Source: Mobula hypostoma
Lineage: Eukaryota
Assembly (NCBI RefSeq): GCF_963921235.1
Contig: NC_086108.1
Span: forward strand, 45,696,001 to 45,760,000
DNA length: 64,000 nt
Reading direction: 5' to 3'
Positions 1-13,969 of this stretch are shown here, piece by piece. Both the position numbers and the translations under genes were made by a program. Position 1 is the first letter of the stretch; the number at the start of each line of letters is the position of its first letter. A model generated the notes under the pieces. The model searched no databases. It was not told the origin of the DNA and worked only from the letters and a program-made list of their open reading frames with translations.

Positions 1-2060
1 CTACGTGAAAAGTTTGTCGCCTTCCCAAATTGCGGAAGCGAGTTCGCCACACATCCATGAAATAACCACTCGCTGTTCTTTTTTTTACTTAGAATACATG
101 GTAATATTTAAAATATAGGTAACGTATTATTTCTTTGCAATAACTCAGATTAAAGTCAATAAGGGAAAACGAATCACCCAAGTGAGATCTATTTAAAATA
201 TCGCACATATAGGACAGGGACAGAAAACAGTTTGACTGTACGTGTGATCTGCCTGAACTGAGAATCGCTTCGTCCGAACATCCAAAGAAATTATAATCCA
301 GCAAAACTCTCGCCAATTTGATAAACCTTTAATTAAATAGAATAACTCATTATTTACATGAAAGTGTCCCGTTAGTTTCTATCTGATTAATACTCATAGA
401 TTCAAATGAAAGTTATGGTTTACTTGCGTGTTTTTTTTTGACATTTTGTTCACATTATTCGAATGTAAATAGTATTGACAAGAATAACACGTCACCAACA
501 ATTTATAACAGGTTACCAGTTGATGTTGTAAACAATTTGTTAGATACTTCAATTTATAACCTGTTATACGTTATTATTTTCGTTTGTCCGGCCAAATCCA
601 AATCGTATCTACTCTGTTTCAACCGTACGGAACAACTTTTTTATTTTGCTTAAACTCTTGATTGATAATGTGAAAAGGTCAATCGGCTCCTTTAGTTAGA
701 GCAGCAACCTCTGACTATCTCAGTATAGTTCAGCAATCGGCATTGGGGAGTCTTTGCAGAATGTCAATCTAGATCATTGCTATATACTTTAAATCTATAT
801 TTGGAACAAACATATGGAAATGTCACTAAAGTGTTTTATCAAAATTTATTAAAGCGCGGTTTTATTAAAATAATGACGTTCATAAAAGTAAGGTTTTTAA
901 AAAGAAATATGTAGAAATGATCCCAGCAGTAGGTCTCTCTTTGTTTCAATTGTAACCAGGCAATTTGATCCCTTAATCCTTGCACTGTGCAGATTAATCA
1001 CGTCCCTGGGGCTGAAACGGTAAACGCGGGTCATCCAAACAGATCAATCCCCCCTTTCACCCCAACGCAATTATCATAACCAGAGCCTCATGCCTTTGAA
1101 CTAGCCGGCTCTTTGATTTGTTATGTTGAGAATTAACGCGGAAAAAACAAGCAGGAAGCCAATTTGTAGTAAGAATAATAAGACCCTTAAGTGTTCACAG
1201 ACAAGAGGATAACAAGTGTGGCTTGCTATGCCACTGATTATGCAGTTAAAATGACATCCAGATTGTTGCATTCACTCCAGATTCTGTGCTCCATTCATTA
1301 AACTAAAACGCTCTACCCCCTTGTTCGACATAAGTAATTCATGTCCATGTAGCCATGAAATTGTTTGCGGAATTTTTTTAAGGGGCAATATTATATTTCT
1401 TGTTAACCTTCCTGGAGTCGGAAAAATCTTGCGAAATCACCTCACACGTAATGAAGATGAGGAGACAGATGAGGTGCTTTTGCTAACTGAACAAACACCC
1501 CTAATACATAGAATTTTTTTTCGCAGTGGGTTAGTTTAATATATGCTGAACAAATCGGGATTCCCCATTCCTGACCGCCCGAGTCTACGGCCAGGAGAAT
1601 CAGACTGTTTGGGGTGTTCAAAGGGGGTATGAGTTGCAGGCGTGAAAAAAAAAAACCCGTCCAATTCTCTCATTCGGGGCAGATTTGAGGAATTCTGTCT
1701 TATAATGTTTCCAGAGGAGAAAAAAATAAACATCCAATTTTGTAGACTCCCTTCATGCTAATATCTCCATGAATGCAAGCTTGTAACGTTGTTACATGTC
1801 CTGGAAAATAGCAAACTCCCCATTATGAATTAAGTACAACAGTGGCCGCCTCGTTCTTAGAATGGGTGAAACAAAACGGATCATACATTGTATGCTGACG
1901 TTTTGAAAAAAAAATTCTTAAAGGCTTCCTCATACAAAATGAATGTATTTTTAAATCTAAATTCCCAAGTGAATGTGAGACACTTACCAGGTCCCAAGAG
2001 GTGTGATAATTCGCTCTACGTTAGATTAATTGTTTTCTTTTTAAAGGGGTGATAGTTTGT

Positions 2061-2127
2061 CAGGGGTTCCCAACCTTTTTTATGCCATTAAGCAAGCGTC
2101 CCTTTGAGCCCAGGTTGGGAGCCCCTG
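2061..2127. mobile_element. Small hAT (Charlie-like) MITE
   Basis: TIRs CAGGGGTTCCCAACC...GGTTGGGAGCCCCTG; same family as 12628-12707. Confidence 0.7.
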
Positions 2128-2496
2128 GTTTAAAGATTTCATAGCTTCAGAGGGCCTTACAGTGAAGAGACTGTCCCTTCACCTCACCACGTACACACCG
2201 ACCTTGTTGCCTATCAACACTAATTGCATTTGCCCACACTTTGACATTAAAAATAGCCGGAAAATATCTACTTGGATTAACGTTTAGAGTTAGAGCGCAT
2301 GATTTAATCGGAAGTGACCCGCAGTCTCACATGAGGAGTTACTGGTTTCTGATACTGGCTCGTTATAATTTTAATATCAAATGGCATTGCACTGCGAAAG
2401 TGCAGAGTCCTCGATATCTACAGGTCGTTTAGCGAATATGTTGCCTTGTAGTCGTTAAGGTTCCCAGTGATAAGAAAAGCCCCGACGTTTCCTCAC

Positions 2497-2893
2497 CTGG
2501 TTGTTGATGTAGCAGGGAGTCAGCAGCCGTCGTCTCCTCTGGTCTGTTCCTACCTCTGTCTCTTGAGTACACAGTCTCCGGAGGGGGTGAGTCCCCGAGT
2601 CTCTCGGGGACTGGATAAATCGGTCTATAATCCTCGGGAAGAACCAGATTGCAAGGATTCTCGCTGCTTTGCTGCCGCCTAAGGGCCACCTGGGCGGCCA
2701 TAACCCGCTGCCTCTCCAGGATGAGGATGCACTTGTCGCAAGTACAGTCTCTGAAGCGGCAGTAGCGCTTGTGGCCTTTCAGCCAGGACAGCACGCCGTG
2801 GTTCCGACACCTCGCACATTTGGGAGTTCTCTGGGACGGAGCTCGGGGAGACGCGGAGGGCATGTACAGATACGGAGCACCATAGCTATTCAT
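2497..2893 (-). CDS. dmrt3: DMRT3-like DM-domain transcription factor, coding exon 1 (exon 2 not found, probably left of the window); possibly a second dmrt3 paralog
   Basis: [11 protein letters not shown]...[55 protein letters not shown] matches the DMRT3-specific N-terminus and DM domain ([13 protein letters not shown]). ATG at 2893 is in a good Kozak context (ACCATG). Donor CCAG|GTGAG follows 2497 (phase 1). The region is CpG-rich. Confidence 0.88.
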
Positions 2894-3063
2894 GGTAGTT
2901 GAGCGAGAGTTCCGTGTCTTTTGCAACACAGGTCTTGATTCTTCCCCGGCAACCTTTTGGCAAATGAAAATTGCATTTAAGACATCAACACCGGAGAAAG
3001 CGCGAGTAGGATCCCTAGAGCCGGAGTGCGATTCATACACATTCCGCCTGCACCGCCTGGCTG

Positions 3064-3069
3064 TTTATA
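3064..3069 (-). promoter_or_regulatory. Candidate TATA box of the dmrt3-like gene
   Basis: CTATAAACAG on the minus strand, about 170 nt upstream of the ATG. Confidence 0.45.
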
Positions 3070-4069
3070 GGCAGTTATTTCAAGTCACTCAAGTGAAACG
3101 ATTTCAATGAAAGGATTGAAAATCATTTTTTTTCCGCCACAAACCTCTCCCCTTCCATTCTTTCCGAGAAGGGTTCAAAACAGCTCCACAATAAGACAAT
3201 TCTCAATGGGTTCGAGTGGCTGGAGGAGGAGATATAGGTGCAGAGAAAGGGCGGGTTCAGTCCATTCAACAGAGATTAAAAGCAAACGAGAGAACTGGAA
3301 GCGAGGTAATAGAGCTAATGGATCACTTCTTACAGATCCCATTTCACAAAGTCTTCTTCTTCTCCGTCTCTGTAAAACGGAAATATCTCGTTTTTTAAGG
3401 TGCGTCAAATTTCAGGATGCATTGTGGTCGTTGTCTGCTTTCACTTTACAGTTCAGTTTTTAAAAAAGTAGCAACCAGAAATAACAATATGAGAATTAAC
3501 TCCCTCTGTACATTAACTGAAATTTACACAGCGCAAGGTCACTCGGTTTTATTTTGCGTTGTCTGGTAACTCAAACCACGGGGAAGAGAGGGGCTAGCTA
3601 TTTAGCTCCTCCAGGTGGAATGAAGAGCTATCAACATTGTTTAAATGTGTCCCTGTACGGTCAATTTTGTTTTGTCTGTCAATAATTCACCTTGCTTCAC
3701 TTGTCTTGGGGCAGTCGGCGCGCTGAACATTGCGCGCGATCACCTCCTTCTACAACATTTAGTTAATACATAGGAAACACGGCTGATTCGAAGCGGCAGA
3801 ATTTATGCCGCATGATTTCACCCTCATGGAAACCACACACCTGAAACCCGTGAGAAAGTGCTCCGCTGGGAAAAAAGCCACAGTCTGTGATTTCAATCAT
3901 TCCAAACAATATGAAATTTTATTCTATCCGGGGGCATATGGTTGAGATTTGAAAGCACTAGGCACTTACACATAGGGAGCAAGGTGGGGGTGGGGAGGAG
4001 GAGCTTGGCTAATAGCCTTAAACATTTTTCTCTCCCTGGCGATCTTGTCCCTTTGGTCCTTGCAGCCTG

Positions 4070-4870
4070 CTTTCCATTGGTAACTACAATATGAACACGT
4101 AAGCCTTACCTCAGTGGTAGCGAAATTGCTGGAGAAAATCCGAAGAGCTAGGATGAATGTACATTTGGAAAGGTAGGGATAGTCAGTATGGTTTCTTCCA
4201 GGGGAAATCCTGCCTCACTAATTTGATTGAATATTTTGAGGAGGTAGAATATTTTAAGAAGATTAATGAATGCAATCCATATAGACTTTAAAGTATCCGA
4301 CAAATTCCAACATGGTGAGGTGATCCAGAACTGATGCCCCGTGCAGTCCAGGATGAGCTTCTAACCGGATCCAAAACTCTCAGCGATATGAAGCAAAGAG
4401 CAGTGGTGAGGGTATTGGAAGTTTGTGACAAGTGGTGTACCACAGGGATCAGTCCTGGCACCCTTGTTATTTGTGATATATATTTATATGTAGGAGGCAT
4501 GATCCGTATACTTGTAGAAGGCACAGAAGTTTGTGACAAATGGTGTACCGCAGGGATCAGTGCTGGCACCCTTGTTATTTGTGATATATATATATATGAT
4601 CCGTATACTAGTAGAAGGCACAGAAGTTTGTGGGTGCCGTTAATAGTAAGTTAGGATTTAGCAGGATATAGAATAGATGGGAGATCGAGTGGAACATGGT
4701 AGGTGTAAATTAATCCTGACAAGTGTGAGGTGATGCATTTCGGCAAGTGAAATAAGGGGGGGACAAACACAGTAAATGGTAGGGGTCTAAGAAGTGTTCT
4801 TGAACAGGGCGATCTTGAAGTTTGGGCTCCATAGTTCCCAGAAAATAGCAACACGTGTAGATAGTGTAGT
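4070..4870 (+). mobile_element. Degraded CR1 LINE RT fragment with internal tandem duplication (about 100-bp unit, 4418-4630)
   Basis: CR1 motif remnants ([17 protein letters not shown], CEVMHFG); repeat units start at 4418, 4526 and 4623. Confidence 0.75.
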
Positions 4871-4879
4871 GAAGGAACA

Positions 4880-5700
4880 GACTTTCCGCCTGTGATGTCT
4901 GTGCCTACAATGATGCCACTCTAAACTGGGCATTTGTTAACATGTAGTCTACATCCCTTCATTTTCTGTCTGTTCACTTGTCTGTTTAAATGCCTTTTAA
5001 CCTGAGCAGCGCATCCCATGTACCGACCACCGTATATGTGAAAAATGTTTGCCTTATAGATCTCCTTCAAACTATCCTCCTATTACCTCACACCCGTGCC
5101 CTCTACCATTTGCCATTTCCACTCTGATAAAAAAGACTCCGACGATTTACTTTGACTGTGCCTCAGCCTCAAACACTCCAAAGATACCAATCCACGTTTG
5201 TCCATCATCTCCCTATAGCTAATACTCTCTAATCCAGGCAACATTCTGGTGAACCTTTGCTGAAGCCTCCACATCCAACCTGTAACATGACGAACAGAGC
5301 TGTATACAAAGCTGCAAAGTTTTATACGGGTGCAATATGACTTCTCAATTTTTATACTCAACACCTGAAACCGATTAAGGCAAGTATACTGTACCGTTGT
5401 TTCCCATCCTGTCTATTTGTGTTGCCACTTTAGGGCGCTATGGGCTTGCACCCCAAGATCCCTCTGTCGTTTACTGTATATTTTCCTCCTACATTGACCT
5501 TCCAAGTGGAAGACCACACACTTGTTCAAAATAAATTCTATCTGCCATTCCTTTGCCCACATTTCCAAATGATCTATATTCTGCTGAATCATTTGACAAC
5601 CTTCCTCACAATTAACAACTTCAGCCATTTTTGAGCTCTCCGAAAACTTATAAATCGATCCAACTATGTTTTATCCAAATTATTTGTGTATATCACGAAC
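4880..5700 (-). mobile_element. Degraded CR1 3' fragment
   Basis: QQRFTRMLPGLESISYRE and WAKEWQIEF...KCVVFH in the minus-strand ORFs. Confidence 0.75.
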
Positions 5701-7319
5701 AAACAAAAATATCAGCCACTGGTCGCAAGCCTCCGTTCTTAACGACACCCCTCCATTGCTATTCAAAACGGAAATTGCGTTATTTAATGTCACGCAGCTT
5801 TCACCTCTCTTTTGATTCAATTTTATTCATCAAGTCCCCTTGAATTTGATATTTTAGTCGTTAAGCGTGGGTCATTGAAGAGCATCGCAAGTCATATTCA
5901 GAATTAAGGCTTGGATAATTTGGTGAATTTGTCAGCAGGAAAGGCGAATGCTGCATTTCACTCTCATTTTATACAGCCCTGCATCCCCAGATATTTTGAA
6001 TCCCATTATAAAACGAGTGTGAGGAAAATGCATTAGTTTGGCCTGCTTGTTTGACAATCGCCTCAGAGGGGTCACTGCGGTGGAAGCGGCGGCCGCACAT
6101 TATTCGATTCAGAGCGTGGCATGTCCCATTTGTTTGACTTGACTGGTGCCCATGAACTGCGGGGTTGAGAGTCCAGATTTGTTGGCTGACTTTCGGACGG
6201 TAAGCATTTTCAACACCTGTCACTTTCCTCTCCAAGGAGTCCACATACACACGAAAGTATAATCAGCAAGTGCTGGTAACAGGTTCCGGACAGAACTGGA
6301 ATTTTTTTCCCGTTCTGCCATTTAGTCGCAGGCATTAAATCCGTTTCCCTTTCCACATGTACTCTCGCAAACTATTTTCGACTTTTTCCTGTGTGTTTCG
6401 GAGAGCCAACATCCGCAGCATTTTACCATTTGTAGTTACTCAAATCGCTGTCGGGACGATAATTGAAATCTGGTTTCACTTCATTTTCCGGTGGCGGCAG
6501 GGTAACTGGTTCCTAGGACAGCTCGTGTATGTCAGGTTATTTCAGTATTTCTCTATAGCTGGGTGTATTAATAATAAATCGCAGTGCAAGGTTCAACTAG
6601 ACTGAGCTGTTCTAGCGAAATCAGAGACTTTGAGGTAAAGACGCTGCTCAGCTATCTGCGCTGCGACGGGCATCGCTGCCAAGAGGCTGACAAAGTTAAT
6701 GATTTATCATTACTGTTTTTAAAAGCAGCCCTGGATCCCATTACGGTCTCTCAAGACAGGGAATTTTTAAAAATGTTGCATTCTGAAAAGACCTTTAAAA
6801 TTCTCATTTCAGCATTGTAGCAATTCTAAAATGTTTTGTGCCCGTTGTTTCACAAAACTTTTTAATCGAAAGATTTATTTATTTTTACTGGAAAAATTCA
6901 ATTATGTAGATTTGGTATCAATTTTAAACTCAGTAATTTATTTTGTTTATACGACATTATTTATTATGTAAAGAAGTAACTCTGGATCTGGCCACAATCC
7001 CACGCAGTCTGGCTGAAGTGTCATTCAGGGTTAATTGAACCAAAACTAGTTTCATAATGGACCATTTCTCCATGAAAATTTTCCAATTGTGTTGCTGCTT
7101 TAATTTAAAATACATGTTTTATCTCGACAGAAATAAAAAAAATAATCACGGATTGACATGCCAGGTAAATCAAACTTGACTCCAATCAGAATTTTGGAAT
7201 TAATGTATTTCACATTGGTGAGATGTTTCAAGGTAATGCAATTTTATTTAAAACAGAAAAAAAACTGCAGATCTAACATTTAAGTTGATGTCTACCTAAA
7301 TCTAAAATTCAGGGAAATT

Positions 7320-9990
7320 CAATTCAAGATTGTTTTGTGTCATTTCCTTCACACAAACGTAAGGAGAACGAAATCATTGTTTACTCCGGATCAAATGGCA
7401 CAAAGAAAAACACAAACGATAAAGAACACAATAATAATAGAACACACACACTAAATGTAAATAGATAAGACAACTTATATGCATAGATTGATTGTATGTC
7501 CATAAAGAGACGCCAGCCTGCACATAAGGATACTGACGGGAAATAATAAAGTAGTGGCGGATTAGTGGCTGGGCGGCTCGGGGTAAGTAACTGTTTTTGA
7601 GTCTGGTGGACCTGGCATGAAGGCTACGTATCCTCTTCCCTGATGGGAGTGGGACAAACTGTCCATAAGCGGGGTGTTTGGGATCCTTCATGACGTTACC
7701 GGCTCTTTTCCAGCACCTTTCTGAATTTACGTCCTTGATGGTGAGTAGGCTGGTGCCAATGATGCGTTGGGCAGTTTTGACTACCCAGTGTAGAGACCTC
7801 CTGTCCGCCCCAGTGCAGTTACTGGAGCAAGCAGTGATGCAGCTTGTCAGGATACTCGCCGCTGTGTGTCTGTAGAATGATGTGAGTATGGATGTGCAAA
7901 CCCCATCCCTCTTCAGCCTCCTCATAAAGAAGAGGTGTTGGTGAGCTGTCTTAACTGTGCGTGATGTGCTCTGGGACCATGAGAGGTTGTGTGTGATGTG
8001 CACTTCCAGTTTCCACTGCTGTGCCGCCGGTGAAAAGGGGGAGGGAGGGGAGGTACGAGTCCTGAAGAGAAGACATTGTTGACATAGAGGAAGAGGTTAT
8101 TTGCCTAGCCTCCAGCTCTTCCGCCTCCTCTCAGTAGGCCGTCTCAACGTTGTTGACGATGGGCCCCACCCCATCGTGCCATTGGCAAACTTGACAATGT
8201 GACTACTTGGTTGTTTGGCCGTACAGTTATGTATGAGCAGAGTGTACTCTCAGTAATGGACTCAGCACATAGTCCGGCAGGGGTGGGGGGAGGCACCCGT
8301 GTTGAAGATAATAGTGAGGGAGGAGTGGCGGTACCCCCGACGATCTGGGGTCTGTTCGTTAGGAAGTCCAACACCCAGTTACATAGTGGCGTGTTTAGAC
8401 CGAGGAGTAGGGGTTTGTTCACCAAGGTCTGTGGGGCAATAGTGTTAAATCCAGAAAAGCATTCTGACATTAGTGTCCTTGTTTTGTAGGTGGGTCAGGA
8501 CCAGGTGCATGAGATCGTAGAGCGGTTCTGTCCGTAAGCATATCAGTGACTGTCCAGTGTGGCAGGAATGGAGTTTTTGATATGTGGCCATTATCAGCCA
8601 TACAAAGCACTCCATGATGATTGGTGTCAGTGCCAATGGGTGGTAGTCGTTCAGTTCTGAGTGTGTAGAGTTCTTTGATGCAGGGGTGATGGTGGCTGAT
8701 TTGAAGCATGGGGATGGCTGAAGTGTTGAAGATGTCCGTGAAGATGCCAGTGAGCTGATGTGCACACTCCCTGAGTACTCAGCCTGGGATGGTGTCTGGC
8801 CCGGCCGCCTTACGGCAAAGAGTCCTTCTCACGACTGCTGCTGTTACAGACAATGGCTGCTCGCCTGGGATGGGGGGGGGGGGTAGCTTTTGTGGCCGGC
8901 TTTGTGTTGGATGCCTTGAAGCGTGCATAAAAGTTGTTTAGAGCATCAGGGGTCACTGGAACAGTCGAAGCTGTCTTTCCTTGTGTAGTTAGTAATGACC
9001 CTGATGCCCAGCCACATACGTTGGGGATCATTATCAGACATATGTTCCTGAATTTCTTATGCGTGAGTGATTTCCATCTTTTTGATTCATAAGACGATGT
9101 TTCTCCTGGGGAGCACACCTGTATTTAGCCAAGGCTCCTAGTTGGGCCGTGAGGTGACCATTCTTGCCGGAGTAACGTAGTCTACACACTCACCGATGGA
9201 CAGATGATGCATATTCCTCGAGGTCTGTGTCTACTCTTAAGTATCTGCCACTTGGTCCGTTGAAACAGTCCTAAAGCATAAAGATCACCATATAGTGATT
9301 ATGGTCCTCCTCTCTGGTGTCTCCACTTTCTGCAGCAGTCGGTGTGCTGTGATTAACCTTATGGAGGTGTGGTCAGAGAGACCAAGATGAGGGCGTGAGA
9401 TGGCTTTGTAACTACCGCACTCATTTGTATAAACATGGTCTAGTCTGTTCCTTTGGTGACCATGGTGATGGGTTGATGGAATTTGGGTAAAATGTCCTGC
9501 AGGTTAACACGACTGAAGTCTCTTACATTTATGAAGAGAGACCGTCCGGATATTTGTTTTGTAGAGAGCTGATGATACTGTAAAGCTCTCCCTGTGGCGT
9601 CACAAACTCGGGGGGGAGGGGCGCGGGATGGACACAGCGGTGAGGAACACAACAGTAAACTTCCCGAGCAGGTCAATGTGGCTGGTACTTAATTGCAAAA
9701 TGTTCCATTTCCCCAGAACAGTGACTACTATCTAAAGGTAAGTGTGTGCACCAGCCTTTGTTAATGCACACACAGATTCCCCTCCTTTGGATTTCTCCGG
9801 AAGGGAATTCCGGTCTGCGTGGAAGTCATCTTGTCGAGTTGAAATGCCGAGTCTGGCATGCTGTTGTTTAACCATGTTTCGGTGAAAACCAGAATGCAGC
9901 AGTTTCTTATATCTTTCTGTGCATTCGTTCTCAGCCATATTATATAATTACAACTTATTTTTCGTTCAAAACAGCATTTACAGGAGATCT
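7320..9990 (-). mobile_element. Near full-length degraded Rex1/Babar-like LINE
   Basis: APE remnant (ILVFTETWL), RT remnants ([31 protein letters not shown]) and C-terminus (SILTSCITA...RLKNSYLPRA); multiple frameshifts. Confidence 0.85.
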
Positions 9991-10559
9991 CAGAATATAT
10001 TGCCACATCATGTACTTTCTCCCCAAACTTAGTGAATTTAAGTTGATTTTATGGCAAGGAAATTTTGCACTGCTGACATTCTTTGATTACACATTCTGTA
10101 CTGGGCAAGGCTTGAATCCCATAATAGTTCCATGTTGGCAGCTTTGTTCAGAAATAATAGAGCCATGTTAAAAATTCAAAATAATGACGCTACTTCTTCT
10201 ACCTTCCTTTCCTTAAGGATGCAATATTTTCACATTTTAAGTTGTTCTTATTCACAACTCTAGTAAAATGTGTCACCATTTTCACCCAAAGTTTGTGATA
10301 TAAATATGTTGATATATTTCTTGGTTGGACCTTGTTAAATAATGCAAGCTGTGACATTAGCATTTGTGAAAGTGTTTACATCAAAATCTAAGTGTAACTT
10401 CACAGTGTGTACTGGACAGTAATCAGAAATATGGATGTCTCATCATTGGTTTCTTTTATACTCTGCTGGGAACATGGCCAATCAATTTCCATCTAGCTGA
10501 GATCTGTTCGTTCTGCACGCACTGGGTACCAAATCCAGAACTTTGTCTTGATTTTTTGC

Positions 10560-10960
10560 CAGTCATAGAGCCATAGAAAACTACAGCACAGAAACAGGCC
10601 ATTTGGGTCATCTAGCCCATGCTGAACTATTTAAACAGCCTAGTCCCATTGACCTGCACCTGAACCATAGACCTTCATACCCCTCCCATTCACATATCTA
10701 TACAAACTTCTCTTAAATGCTGACATCAAAGCTGCATTCACTACTTGCGCTGGCAGCTCATTCCAGACTCTGACTGCCCTTTGAGTGAAGCAGTTTCTTC
10801 TCATGTTCCCCTTAAACATTTCACTTTTCACCCTTAACCCATGATATCTAGTTGTAGTCTCACACAACTTCTGTGGAAAAAGCCTGCTTGCATTTAGCCT
10901 ATCTATTCCTCTCATAATTTTGTATACCTCTATCAAATTTTCCCTCAATCTTCTATGGTC
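10560..10960 (-). mobile_element. CR1 3' end
   Basis: LIEVYKIMRGIDR...FTQRAVRVWNELP and a CR1-type 3' UTR. Confidence 0.85.
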
Positions 10961-11234
10961 CTTCCTTATAACTTCATGATGATTCAGGGATAAAGAAAAG
11001 TGCCACTTTTAATTCTCTATGCCACTCTCACTCTGACCCATTTTGGCCTTCTGCACCATTATAAAAAGGAACAGTACCTTATTTTCATTCTAGGCACATT
11101 GCAAACCTTCCTGTTGACCTGGCCCCATGCAATTAGATATTTTCCCTCTGAGATACTTGCACCTTCTCTGCAAGTCCAATTGTTTTCTCTTTCCCAATTT
11201 TGATGCAAGGTCTTCAACATTAATTCACATTTCC

Positions 11235-12175
11235 AACGATATTAGCATTCATTTTAAGAGGGTTAGAATGTAAGAGCAAGGGTGTAGTATAAAGGACGGG
11301 TGAGGTCTCACATGGGTATTGTGAGCAGTTTTGGGCCCCTTATCTAAGAAAGGATGTGCTGACACTGGAGAGCGTTCAAAGGTGTAATGAGAGACCTTGA
11401 CGAAGATGATAAGGACCCAAGTGTGGGGGTAGCCAAGACTAGGACGAGACACGATACAAGACTGAAACTAGAACTGAGCTCAAAACAAGACGCTAGGTGA
11501 CAAGTGAGCTTACGAATGAGCACTGAACCTCCATTCAGGTGCCCCTTAAATACTGAAATCCAGGTGCCAAAACATGGCAGTTAATTAACGGGACAGTCCT
11601 GAATCCTTAAAGCGGCTGCACCAGCTATCCGTACTCTGGAGAATTTGAGCACTGGGATTCCGGAAGCTGGTGCAGTTGAATGCACATTGTAACGAAAGGA
11701 CAGACGTGAAAATGATTCCAGGGTTGAATGGATTGTCGTATGAAGTATGTTTGATGGCTCTGGGCCTGTGTTCAATAGAATTCAGAAGAATAAGGGGTGA
11801 CCTAATTGAAACCTATCGAATGGTGAAAGGCTTGATAGAGTGGATTTGGAAAGGAATTTTTCTGTGGTGGGGAGTCTAGGACCAGAGGACACAGCCTTGG
11901 AATAGAGGAGTGTCGTTCTACAGCAGAATTGAGAGGGGATTTCTTTGACCAGGCAGTGGTGAATCTGTGAAATTCGTTGTCACAGGCTGCTGTGGAAGCC
12001 AAGTCTAAAGCATTTTTAAGATTCTTGATCAGTCACGGCATGAAGTGATATGGGGAGAAGGCAGGAGATGGGGGCTGAGAGGAAAATTGAATCAGCTTAG
12101 ATGAAAAGGTGGAGCAGACTCGATGGGCCAAATGGTCTAATTCTACTCCTATATCTTATGGTCTTCAGGTCTTAT
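11235..12175 (+). mobile_element. CR1 3' fragment interrupted by a solo LTR
   Basis: RRIRGDLIETY remnant; 3' tail ATATCTTATGGTCTT. Confidence 0.8.
11383..11694. mobile_element. Solo LTR (312 bp)
   Basis: TGT...AACG termini (TG...CA with one change) and 5-bp TSD AAAGG at 11378-11382 and 11695-11699; splits the CR1 sequence. Confidence 0.7.
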
Positions 12176-12627
12176 ATTCCCTGACTTGCTGTCCATTGTG
12201 ATTTTTAATTCATATTTCCTGCATCTGCTTTTTTTTGTTTGAATTTCATGCAGTTCAAACTGACCGCAAAGAATTTTCTATCTTCACTCAATTTCATCGT
12301 CACATTTCAAACTTGGATGTAAAACTTGCATTTTCCATTTTCATGGCCTCAGGATACCCTGAAGAAGTATTTTTGTAATGTACAGACACAGCCAGCCAGT
12401 TTGGATACATTAGACTGGAGTAATACTGGTAATTTGACGTTGCTTCTAGAACAGCACTGATTCAAGGATAAATATTGGTTCAAGCATCACATAAGTGTTC
12501 TGGAATAGTTTGAAAACTGCAAAAGGGTCCTTCACACCCTGAGCTGTTTTAGCGTGAGGCACCTTGAACCATTTTAATAAAAGTCAGTCAACAATTATAT
12601 TTTTGGTGAAAATATAAGAATCTAAAG

Positions 12628-12707
12628 CAGGGGTTCCCAGCCTTTTTTATGCTGTAGACCCCCACCATAAACCAAGGGGTCCATGGACCCCAGGTTGGGA
12701 ACCCCTG
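12628..12707. mobile_element. 80-bp hAT (Charlie-like) MITE
   Basis: TIRs CAGGGGTTCCCA/TGGGAACCCCTG; 8-bp TSD ATCTAAAG/GTCTAAAG. Confidence 0.85.
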
Positions 12708-13359
12708 GTCTAAAGGAATCAAGGTCATCTATACATGCAAACAATTCCCATCCTCACAGTTTCACATTTCCAGCTATGCCCTGCAGAATTGCACATCCTG
12801 TGCTGCCACCTTGAGAAACTTAGTGAAGTCACATACTACCTTTAAGTTTTAAAGCCATGCTGTTAAACTTTGAAATTGCCTAGTCATTGCATTAAGATCT
12901 GTTGAGAAAATTGTTACATCTGATAAGCTTCCTCCCTTTTCTTCCTTTTCCCTCTTCAGCAATATTGGAGGTCTTAATTGATAAAATACAGAATGGCTAT
13001 ATAGGAAAAATCACCCCCCCCCCCACAAAACTTATCTAAAATCTGAAATTCAAATATTTGTATAATTATTTTTCATAATGAAACAGTTAACTTCGGAATT
13101 AAAAACAGAATTAGTATAATGAATCTGAGTCTGAAGATTGAGATGAAAATTTTACCCCTAATCATATACAAAATAAAGCACAGGAGGGTATATTGGTAAA
13201 TCTACTGTGTCCATGTCACAAATGTTTTCCTTCAAACTAATTCCAGTTTGCACGCACCTAAAAAGGAAATGTGATGTAATAATGCTTTTCTTATCCTGAG
13301 GATGTTCTGATTCAGAGGGAAGAGTCAATAATGTGGCTCTCTGTTTGTGTAATTCAGGT

Positions 13360-13890
13360 TCAAGTTCACTTTCTTGTCATTCAACCTTACACACGCATAC
13401 TGTTAAATGAACCAACGCTCCTCTGGACTAAGGTGCACAACACAGTGCGAGCAACTCACACACATAACGTATAAATTAATATTACCAAAAGAAAATTCAC
13501 AAACAAAAGGGTGAATTTACAACACAAGTTAAAAAGTAAACAGTGGCACTTTATGTGCGATGAGAACTGGATGGCAGCAGGGAGTTCAGTAATCTTACAG
13601 GCTGGGGGAAGAAGCAGTTTTCCATTCTAAACATTTCCTGTCCTAATGCTACGCTACATCCTGACCAATGGTAGGGGAACTGAGATTGTGGATGGATGGG
13701 AGAGATCATTGACAATGCTAAGGGCCCTGTGTACACAGCGCTCCTGATAAGTATCTCTATTGTGTGAAAGAGAGATCCCGATGATCCCCTCAGCAGTTCT
13801 CACAACCCTTTGCAAGAACTAGCAGTCAGATGCCTTGCAATTCTCATAGCAGACAGTGTTGCAGCTGGTCAGGACACTCTTGACGTTGCT
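13360..13890 (-). mobile_element. Rex1-like 3' fragment
   Basis: NCFFPQPVRLLNS C-terminal motif. Confidence 0.6.
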
Positions 13891-13969
13891 TCCGTAAAGA
13901 TCAGATTTGTGTTCCCTTGAGTATAGATTAAGGGGAAAGTCAATAAGGTGTTTATAAGTGTTTAAAGTT

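Noticed and set aside
1..2400. Exon 2 of the dmrt3-like gene
   Set aside because: No long minus-strand ORF or DMA motif is seen; treated as intron
2894..3040. 49-aa N-terminal extension of the dmrt3-like ORF
   Set aside because: It starts at a non-ATG codon; homology and Kozak context begin at 2893, so this is likely 5' UTR
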